NCBI GenBank assembly: GCA_045863335.1
Contig: BTVY01000026.1
Location: 34,486 to 98,485 of the forward strand
Direction of reading: 5' to 3'
From: Candidatus Hydrogenedentota bacterium
GTDB lineage: Bacteria; Hydrogenedentota; Hydrogenedentia; Hydrogenedentales; SLHB01
DNA: 64,000 bases
Made by a program: the position numbers and the translations under genes. Positions 56,879 to 64,000 of the stretch are shown here, in pieces. Below the pieces are notes generated by a model. The model had not been told where the DNA came from, did not search any database, and was given only the letters and a program-made list of their open reading frames with translations. Each line of letters opens with the position of its first letter. The stretch's first letter is position 1.

Positions 56879-57381
56879 ATGCAGCAGTAATTGGCCCTGA
56901 TCCCCGAACTGAAGATCCTGTGGAAGCCATCCTGGCCGAATACCCGGATGCGGGCCGCGAGTCGCTAATTCCGATCCTCCAGGACGTGCAGGACCGGATG
57001 GGCTATCTGTCTCGCGAGTCCATCTCGCGCATCGGCGAGCATCTCGGATTGCCGGCCAGCAAGATATTCGGCGTGGCCACGTTTTACAACCAATTCCGCT
57101 TCCAGCCCTTGGGCCGGTATCACGTGCAAGTCTGCCGGGGTACGGCGTGTCACGTGAAGGGATCGCTTGGTCTCCTGGACGCGCTGCGTCAGGAGCTTGG
57201 CATTGAGCCCGGGCAGACAAGCCGCGACGGACTTTTCAGCCTGGAGGTGGTGGCATGCATCGGCGCCTGCGGCTTGGCGCCGGTCATCTGCGTGAACGGC
57301 GAGTTCCACGCGGAGATGACCACCCAGAGCGTGCGGCAGTTGTTCGAAGAATACCGGGAAGGAGCGATGGAGCATGTGTAA
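56875..57381 (+). CDS. hydC: [FeFe]-hydrogenase 2Fe-2S subunit (NuoE/HydC-like)
   Basis: LIPILQDVQ..GYL, GVATFYNQF, VCRGTACHVKG and ACIGACGLAP. Confidence 0.9.
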   Translation: MNAAVIGPDPRTEDPVEAILAEYPDAGRESLIPILQDVQDRMGYLSRESISRIGEHLGLPASKIFGVATFYNQFRFQPLGRYHVQVCRGTACHVKGSLGLLDALRQELGIEPGQTSRDGLFSLEVVACIGACGLAPVICVNGEFHAEMTTQSVRQLFEEYREGAMEHV

Positions 57382-59479
57382 GAATCTGCTCGAACCGTGC
57401 TGCGACCAGTGTTGGAACGGCCCGGACACGCCCTGCCCGGACCTGGTCGCCTGTGCTCAGGACGGACCCATCTGTCACAAGTCCGGTCCCTGCAAAGAGG
57501 ATCGGCGCGCGCGACTGGCGGCCCGTCGCCGGGATGCAGTTACCCAGACCACCATCTACATCGGCGCGGGAACCTGTGGTCTTGGCGCCGGAGCGGGCAA
57601 GACCCTGGGCGCCGTGCGGGCGTATCTGGCACGCCACAACCTCAAGGCCGACGTGATCGAGGTCGGCTGCATCGGATTGTGCTCGGCGGAGCCCCTGCTG
57701 GATGTGCAGATGCCGGGGCTGGCACGGATCTCCTTTCAGAAAGTGACTCATGACGTGGTGCCGGAGTTGTTGGACGCGGTGCTGGACGGATCGCTGCCGA
57801 AAGACCATGTGCTGGGGCAGTTCCGGTCGGCCGACGCGACTGCGTGGAATGGCGCACCGTATCTCGACGAGCATCCCTTCTTCGCGCGCCAGACCCGTTG
57901 GGTGCTGGCGAATTGCGGGGTCATCGATCCCGCGTCCATCGACGACTACCTGGCCGCGGGCGGCTATCAGGCGCTCGCCGCGACGTTGAAAGAGAAGACC
58001 CAACTCGAAGTATGCGAAGCCGTCGAGCGCGGCGGACTGCGCGGACGCGGCGGCGGCGGATTCCCGACGGGCCGCAAATGGAAGTTCGCGTTGCAAACCG
58101 AGAGCGAAGGCAAGTACCTCGTGTGCAACGCGGACGAAGGCGACCCGGGGGCGTTCATGGATCGCGCCGTCATTGAAGGCGATCCGCACCGGCTCCTGGA
58201 AGGGATGATGATCGCCGCGTACGCCATTGGCGCGTCGAAGGCGTACGTCTACATCCGCGCCGAGTATCCGCTTGCGATCACGCGATTGCGCAAAGCGATT
58301 GCCCAAGCCGAAACATACGGCTTTCTCGGCGAGAACATTCTCGACAGCGGGTTCAATCTTCGAATCGTCATCAAGAAAGGCGCGGGGGCCTTCGTGTGCG
58401 GCGAAGAGACCGCGCTGATACACAGCATCGAAGGCAAACGCGGTATGCCGCGTCCACGTCCGCCGTTCCCCGCCGTGCGGGGATTGTTCGGCAAGCCGAC
58501 GGTGATCAACAACGTAGAAACGCTGGCCAACGTGCCGTCGCTGATGAAAATGGGCGCGGACGAATTTGCTTCGCTTGGTACCGCGACCAGCAAGGGGACG
58601 AAAGTCTTCGCGCTGTCGGGAAAGGTCGCGCGAACGGGCCTGGTCGAAGTGGCCATGGGCACCTCGGTGCGTGAAGTGGTCTTCGACATCGGCGGCGGCA
58701 TTCCGCACGGCAAAGCCTTCAAGGCCGTTCAGATGGGCGGGCCTTCGGGTGGATGCATTCCGGAGCAACATCTCGACATCAAGGTCGACTATGAATCGCT
58801 CAAGACCGTGGGCGCCATGATGGGGTCCGGCGGACTGGTCGTGATGGACGAAGACACGTGCATGGTGGACGTGGCGAAATTCTTCATGGAATTCATCCAG
58901 CGCGAGAGCTGCGGCAAGTGCATCCCGTGCCGGGAAGGCACGCTGCGCATGCTCGAAGTGCTTCAGCGGATCACGCGCGGCCGGCGCACCGAAAAGGGCT
59001 ACGAAGCGCTGGAGCGATTCCAGGGCGTCATGTATCTGGATCGGCTTGCGAAGGTCATCAAGGACACGAGCCTGTGCGGGCTCGGCCAGACCGCGCCGAA
59101 CCCGGTGCTCAGCACCCTGCGCTGGTTCCGCGACGAGTACGAGGCGCATATATACGAGCGTCGCTGCCCCGCGGGCGTCTGCACGGAGCTTAGGACTTTC
59201 GAAATCCACGCCGACTCCTGCACCGGCTGCGGGAACTGCAAGCCCAAATGTCCCACGAACGCGATCGTGGGCGCGCCGCAGCGCATTCATTACATCGTTG
59301 AAGACAAGTGCATCGGGTGCGGCGGTTGCGCGGACGTATGTCAGCACGGCGCCATTTCGGTAGTGGAAGACGCGCCGGTGCCGGTGGTCGCACAAGCGGA
59401 AGACGACAGCGTATTCGGTCTGTTTGCGTCGGGGGCATACCGCGACTGGCATGATGGCCGCGGACTGGTTCAGAAGTAG
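57374..59479 (+). CDS. hydB: [FeFe]-hydrogenase diaphorase subunit (NuoF/HydB-like)
   Basis: GLRGRGGGGFPTG, CNADEGDPGAFMDR, GAGAFVCGEETAL, ESCGKCIPCREG and SLCGLGQTAPNP, plus two C-terminal CxxCxxCxxxC ferredoxin motifs. Confidence 0.92.
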   Translation: MCKNLLEPCCDQCWNGPDTPCPDLVACAQDGPICHKSGPCKEDRRARLAARRRDAVTQTTIYIGAGTCGLGAGAGKTLGAVRAYLARHNLKADVIEVGCIGLCSAEPLLDVQMPGLARISFQKVTHDVVPELLDAVLDGSLPKDHVLGQFRSADATAWNGAPYLDEHPFFARQTRWVLANCGVIDPASIDDYLAAGGYQALAATLKEKTQLEVCEAVERGGLRGRGGGGFPTGRKWKFALQTESEGKYLVCNADEGDPGAFMDRAVIEGDPHRLLEGMMIAAYAIGASKAYVYIRAEYPLAITRLRKAIAQAETYGFLGENILDSGFNLRIVIKKGAGAFVCGEETALIHSIEGKRGMPRPRPPFPAVRGLFGKPTVINNVETLANVPSLMKMGADEFASLGTATSKGTKVFALSGKVARTGLVEVAMGTSVREVVFDIGGGIPHGKAFKAVQMGGPSGGCIPEQHLDIKVDYESLKTVGAMMGSGGLVVMDEDTCMVDVAKFFMEFIQRESCGKCIPCREGTLRMLEVLQRITRGRRTEKGYEALERFQGVMYLDRLAKVIKDTSLCGLGQTAPNPVLSTLRWFRDEYEAHIYERRCPAGVCTELRTFEIHADSCTGCGNCKPKCPTNAIVGAPQRIHYIVEDKCIGCGGCADVCQHGAISVVEDAPVPVVAQAEDDSVFGLFASGAYRDWHDGRGLVQK

Positions 59480-59500
59480 TAGCGTTTGGAGCGAAATACC

Positions 59501-61276
59501 ATGACCGTAAAGACGATCGACAAGAACGAACTCCCGGCGGCCGAAGAGCGCGCCGCGATCGAAATAGACGTGAACGGGATAGCCGTGGAAGCCAAGCCCG
59601 GCGAGATGTTGTTGTCCGCGCTGCGGCGCGCAGGAATCCAGGTGCCGACGCTGTGTCATCTCGAAGGGTTGTTTCCCAGCGGCGCGTGCCGCATGTGCGT
59701 GGTGGAAGTGGACGGCATGGCCAACCTTGCACCGAGTTGCGCGTGCCCCGTGACGCCAGGCATGAAGGTGCTGACCCATTCCGAACGGGCCATCCGCGCG
59801 CGGAAGACCATCATCGAACTGTTGCTGGCCGACCATCCCGACGACTGCCTCTACTGCGTGCGCAGCACGAACTGCGAACTGCAGAAGCTTGCGTCGGAAC
59901 TGGGCGTGCGCCAGCGCCGCTACGTGGGCAACCGGCGGCGGCTGAAGGAAGACGCGTCGAGTCCGTCCATCGTGCGCGACCCGGAGAAATGCATCCTCTG
60001 CGGCAAATGCGTGCGCGTGTGCGAGGAGGTCCAAGGCGTCGGCGCCATCGATTTCGCCGGACGCGGCAGCCAGTCGCAGATCAGCACGGCCTTTAACGAG
60101 AGCCTGAACATCGCAAGCTGCATCTACTGCGGACAATGCATCATGGCCTGTCCGACCGGTGCATTGCGCGAGCAGAGCCACATCAAGGAAGTCATGTCGG
60201 CGTTGGCCAATCCGGAGTTGACCGTGGTGGTGCAACATGCGCCGAGCGTTTCGGTGACCCTTGGTGAGGAGTTCGGGCTGAAGCCGGGCACCGACGTGAA
60301 CGGCGTCATGACCGCCGCGCTGCGCAAGCTGGGATTCGATCGCGTATTCGACACCGCTTTCAGCGCGGACCTCACGATCATGGAAGAGGCGTCGGAACTG
60401 GCGCACCGGATTAAGACCGGCGGGCCGCTTCCGCTGCTCACGAGCTGTTCGCCGGGGTGGATCAAGTTTGTAGAGCAGTTCTACCCCGAGTTCAAGAATA
60501 ACCTGTCAACCTGCAAGAGCCCGCAGCAGATGCTTGGCGCCATCGTGAAAACGTATTACGCCGAGCGCGAGAACCTGGACCCGAAGAAGATCTTCAGCGT
60601 GGCCGTGATGCCGTGCACCGCCAAGAAGTTTGAAGCGGGGCGTGTCGAGATGTTGCACGACGGCATGGCCGATGTGGATGCGGTGCTGACCACACGCGAA
60701 TTGGCGCGAATCATCCGCATGCGGCACATCGACTTTCACGCTTTGACGCCGGACGCGGCAGACTTGCCCTTCGGCGAACGCAGCACGGCAGGGAAATTGT
60801 TCGGCGCCACGGGCGGTGTCATGGAAGCCGCGTTGCGCACCGCGCATTTCCTCCTGACGGGAACGGAACTCGAAAACCTGAAGGTCGATGCGGTTCGCGG
60901 GTTGAAGGGGCAGAAGGAAGCGCGCGTGAAGGTCGGCGACCTCGAAGTGGGCGTAGCCGTGGTGAGCGGGCTTCAGAACGCGCGGCGGTTGCTCGACGAG
61001 ATCCGCAATGGGCGCGACGACTTGCACTTCATCGAGGTCATGACCTGTCCCGGCGGCTGCATCAACGGCGGAGGACAACCCTTCGCCACCGACGCGGACG
61101 CAGTGAGAGCCCGCATGCAGGCGTTGTACGCCATCGACCGGGACGAACCGATTCGCACTTCGCACAGCAACCTGGGCGTGAAGCGGTTGTACGAGGAGTT
61201 CCTCGGAGAACCGCTGAGCGAAAAGAGTCACCACCTTCTCCACACGCACTACGTGGAGCGGGACGTGCTCGTATAG
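59501..61276 (+). CDS. hydA: [FeFe]-hydrogenase catalytic subunit (group A3, trimeric, probably electron-bifurcating)
   Basis: H-cluster motifs TSCSPGW, MPCTAKKFE and EVMTCPGGCINGGGQP; N-terminal 2Fe-2S, a His-ligated cluster (HPDDCLYC...C) and 2x[4Fe-4S]; C-terminal LLHTHY. Confidence 0.95.
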   Translation: MTVKTIDKNELPAAEERAAIEIDVNGIAVEAKPGEMLLSALRRAGIQVPTLCHLEGLFPSGACRMCVVEVDGMANLAPSCACPVTPGMKVLTHSERAIRARKTIIELLLADHPDDCLYCVRSTNCELQKLASELGVRQRRYVGNRRRLKEDASSPSIVRDPEKCILCGKCVRVCEEVQGVGAIDFAGRGSQSQISTAFNESLNIASCIYCGQCIMACPTGALREQSHIKEVMSALANPELTVVVQHAPSVSVTLGEEFGLKPGTDVNGVMTAALRKLGFDRVFDTAFSADLTIMEEASELAHRIKTGGPLPLLTSCSPGWIKFVEQFYPEFKNNLSTCKSPQQMLGAIVKTYYAERENLDPKKIFSVAVMPCTAKKFEAGRVEMLHDGMADVDAVLTTRELARIIRMRHIDFHALTPDAADLPFGERSTAGKLFGATGGVMEAALRTAHFLLTGTELENLKVDAVRGLKGQKEARVKVGDLEVGVAVVSGLQNARRLLDEIRNGRDDLHFIEVMTCPGGCINGGGQPFATDADAVRARMQALYAIDRDEPIRTSHSNLGVKRLYEEFLGEPLSEKSHHLLHTHYVERDVLV

Positions 61277-61286
61277 GCGAAGCCGT

Positions 61287-63314
61287 ATGAACCAAGCCGC
61301 CAAGATACCGCTGGTAACGACGATTCCGGAGCGATGCCGGGTCTGTTACACCTGCGTGCGCGAATGCCCGGCGAAGGCCATTCGCATTGCCGTGGGGCAG
61401 GCGGAGGTGTTGCCGGACCGGTGCATTGGATGCGGCAAGTGCGTGCGGGTGTGCAGCCAACACGCCAAGCAGGTCTACGATTCCACCCAGGAAGTGGCGG
61501 CCATCCTCGAAAGTGGGGCCAAGGTCGCCGCCATCATCGCGCCGAGCTTTCCCGCAGAATTCACCGAGTACACGCCCGGTCAGATGGCCGGCGCGCTGGC
61601 GGCGCTTGGATTCGATCTGGTGTGTGAGGTGGCGTTCGGCGCCGACCTGGTTGCGGCCGAATACAAGCGCCTGCTTGATCGCGAAGACGGCAAGCGGTAC
61701 ATCGCGACGACCTGCCCGGCCATTGTCGCGTACGTGGAACGGTATTGGCCGGACCTCGTGCCGAGCCTGGCGCCGATCGTATCGCCCATGGTTGCGGCGG
61801 CGCGCGGTCTTCGCGCCTTGCACGGCGAGGACCTCCACATTGTCTTTATTGGGCCCTGTATCGCCAAGAAGGGAGAACTGACCGGCGATTCCGTGCGCGA
61901 CGACGTCGATGCCGCGCTGACTTTTGTCGAGCTGCGCGGGCTGCTTGCGCGGGCAAACCTCGCGCCCGCGACCGTGGGAACGCGCGAATTCGATCCGCCG
62001 CGTCCCGGGTTGGGCGCCTTGTTCCCGATCGGCCGGGGGTTGTTGCAGGCGGCGGACCTCTCCGAGGACTTGCTCGAAGGCGACGTGGTCGCCGTTCAAG
62101 GCGGAGAGGAGTTCGTTCCGGCAATCCGTGAGTTTCAGTCTGGAACGCTGGACGCGCGGTTGCTCGAAGTGTTGGCCTGCGAAGGCTGCATCATGGGTCC
62201 GGGCATGAGTACCGGCGCATCGCTCTTCGATCGGCGCAGCCGGGTGAGCCGGTACGTGCGGGAACGGGTGAACGGCAATCCGCGCGGTGATGTCGATCTT
62301 GCGCCGCTGGGATCCGTGGATTTGTCCCGTTGTTTTCAGGCGCAAGACCGGCGCATCGCCGCGCCGTCGGACAACGAGCTGACGCGCATTCTCGCGCGCA
62401 TAGGCAAGCGCTGCCCCGACGACGAATTGAACTGCGGCGCCTGCGGCTATTCGACGTGCCGGGAGCATGCGATTGCGATTTACAAGGGGCTCGCCGAGAG
62501 CGAGATGTGCTTGCCCTACGCGATCGACCAGTTGCGGACAACGGTGCAGGACCTGGCGGAATCCCATGAGGAGTTGGCGCGCACGCAGGAAGCCCTGCGG
62601 CATTCCGAGCGCCTGGCCAGCATGGGGCAACTCGCGGCGGGCATCGCGCACGAGCTGAACAACCCTCTCGGCGTCGTGTTGATGTTCGCGCACATCCTGC
62701 GCGACGAGCATGCGAAGGACCCCGAGTTCTCCGAAGATCTGCAGATCATCACCGAGGAAGCCGACCGATGCAAGAAGATCGTTGCGGGTCTCTTGCACTT
62801 CGCGCGCCAGAACAAGGTGCAGTTCCGGAGCGTCGATGTGCCGGATCTGGTGGATCGTTGTCTTGCGGTCATGCGGCCGCCCGATGGTGTCGCCGTATTC
62901 GCGGACCATCATATGACAGCAGACCGCGCGGAGATCGATCCGGACCAGATCACCCAGGTGTTGACCAATCTTGTCAACAACGCCTACGCGGCGACGCCGC
63001 CCGGCGGTTCGGTGACGGTAACGACCGAGGAAGAAGGTGACCAGATCCGGATCATTGTGACCGATACGGGCACCGGCATTCCGAAGGAGAACGCAGAAAA
63101 GGTGTTCGAGCCCTTCTTCACGACCAAGCAGATTGGAAAAGGGACGGGTTTGGGGTTGGCCGTCACCTACGGCATCGTCAAGATGCATCGAGGCGATATT
63201 CACGTGGAATCGAACGCCGATCCGAACAGCGGACCGACCGGGACTACGATCACGGTGACCCTGCCGCGCAAGGCGGAACGGCAACAACAAGAAGCGATTG
63301 GATCAGGCAAATGA
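61287..63314 (+). CDS. [FeFe]-hydrogenase-like sensory domain fused to a histidine kinase (group C-type sensory hydrogenase)
   Basis: 2x[4Fe-4S]; variant H-cluster motifs TTCPAIV, GPCIAKKGE and EVLACEGCIMGPG; FeS LNCGACGYSTC...C; HisKA AAGIAHELNNPL; HATPase NLVNNA, DTGTGI, FEPFFTTK and GTGLGL. Confidence 0.88.
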   Translation: MNQAAKIPLVTTIPERCRVCYTCVRECPAKAIRIAVGQAEVLPDRCIGCGKCVRVCSQHAKQVYDSTQEVAAILESGAKVAAIIAPSFPAEFTEYTPGQMAGALAALGFDLVCEVAFGADLVAAEYKRLLDREDGKRYIATTCPAIVAYVERYWPDLVPSLAPIVSPMVAAARGLRALHGEDLHIVFIGPCIAKKGELTGDSVRDDVDAALTFVELRGLLARANLAPATVGTREFDPPRPGLGALFPIGRGLLQAADLSEDLLEGDVVAVQGGEEFVPAIREFQSGTLDARLLEVLACEGCIMGPGMSTGASLFDRRSRVSRYVRERVNGNPRGDVDLAPLGSVDLSRCFQAQDRRIAAPSDNELTRILARIGKRCPDDELNCGACGYSTCREHAIAIYKGLAESEMCLPYAIDQLRTTVQDLAESHEELARTQEALRHSERLASMGQLAAGIAHELNNPLGVVLMFAHILRDEHAKDPEFSEDLQIITEEADRCKKIVAGLLHFARQNKVQFRSVDVPDLVDRCLAVMRPPDGVAVFADHHMTADRAEIDPDQITQVLTNLVNNAYAATPPGGSVTVTTEEEGDQIRIIVTDTGTGIPKENAEKVFEPFFTTKQIGKGTGLGLAVTYGIVKMHRGDIHVESNADPNSGPTGTTITVTLPRKAERQQQEAIGSGK

Positions 63315-63709
63315 GCGGAACGAAGTCACGTACCATCCTGCTCGTCGATGATGACGAGGATTTTGTGTATCAACAGAAAGTCCAGCTTGAAGCGCTGGGA
63401 TACCGAGTGTTGACGGCGGACAGCAAGACTGCCGCGGAGCGCGCGCTGTCGAGCGCCCGGCCGGACTTGGCGGTCGTCGATTTGATGATGGAGGACATGG
63501 ACGCGGGGTTCAGCGTGTGTCATAACATCAAGAAGAAGGACAAAAGCATTCCGGTCATCATGTGCACGGGCGTCGTCAGTGAGACAGGACTGGAATTCGA
63601 TGCGGTGACCGGGGAAGAACGGGCTTGGGTCAAGGCCGACGTGCTGCTCTCCAAACCCGTGCGGTTCGAGCAACTGAAACGGGAGATCGACCGGTTGCTG
63701 GCGGACTAG
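63311..63709 (+). CDS. Single-domain response regulator
   Basis: ILLVDDD, phosphoacceptor VVDLMM, IMCTG and SKP. Confidence 0.9.
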   Translation: MSGTKSRTILLVDDDEDFVYQQKVQLEALGYRVLTADSKTAAERALSSARPDLAVVDLMMEDMDAGFSVCHNIKKKDKSIPVIMCTGVVSETGLEFDAVTGEERAWVKADVLLSKPVRFEQLKREIDRLLAD

Positions 63710-63730
63710 GTCCGTCGCCGGGGTGGCAGC

Positions 63731-64000
63731 ATGGATACCCTTCGAGTATTGGTCTGCGATGACGAAGCCGGGATGCGGCTCGGTGTTGAGCGCGCATTGC
63801 GGCACTTCACCGTGCGCGTGCCGGACGTGGACGGCGAAGTGCACTTTGTCGTCGAGCAGGCGGAGAGCGCAGAGCAGGCGCTGGAGATCATCGAAGCGGG
63901 CGCGCCGGAGATTCTGCTGCTGGATTTGAAGCTGCCCGGGATGAGCGGAATCGAGCTACTGGAGCGGATCAGTCCGCGCCACCTTGACATGCTGGTCATC
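63731..64000 (+). CDS. Response regulator receiver protein, 3'-truncated by window edge
   Basis: Manual translation MDTLRVLVCDDEAGMR...LLLDLKLPGMSGIELLERI...; frame open to the window end. Confidence 0.85.
   Translation, partial: MDTLRVLVCDDEAGMRLGVERALRHFTVRVPDVDGEVHFVVEQAESAEQALEIIEAGAPEILLLDLKLPGMSGIELLERISPRHLDMLVI

Noticed and set aside
57284-60406. 1040-aa minus-strand ORF, and similar long antisense ORFs (9912-12383, 23861-26386, 40464-42743, 61062-63290)
   Set aside because: They are shadows of well-supported plus-strand genes in high-GC DNA, with no recognisable motifs.

Overview
GC-rich bacterial chromosomal window. The gene content (many pilin-like genes, DUF4838 lipoprotein, sulfatases, MoxR/BatA cluster, alginate-export barrel) suggests Candidatus Hydrogenedentota or a PVC-like lineage; this is inference only. 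From left to right: a carbohydrate block (sulfatase, sugar-phosphate isomerase, MalK-type ATPase, galK); two tandem minor-pilin cassettes (PilV/PilW/PilX-like plus an accessory gene) that share a conserved promoter architecture, the second PilX carrying a CxxCH motif; leuCD; a repeat lipoprotein; a degenerate GGDEF-RHH fusion; aconitase; a thyX-nrdJ operon with tandem NrdR boxes and two promoters; an MNT-HEPN pair with a nonsense-inactivated toxin; an esterase; a PbfA-like PLP enzyme; a PhyH dioxygenase; DUF4838; an 8-gene MoxR-DUF58-BatA-vWA-DUF4159 operon; an alginate-export porin; hcp; a REP-associated tyrosine transposase (RAYT) between ~205-bp REP-rich direct repeats and fused in frame to an UxaC-like gene; a DUF3142 gene pair; and a Rex-controlled trimeric [FeFe]-hydrogenase operon followed by an [FeFe]-hydrogenase-like histidine kinase and response regulators. 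At least five distinct families of intergenic palindromic or short tandem repeats occur. No rRNA, tRNA or CRISPR array was seen. All calls come from manual reading; no searches were run.
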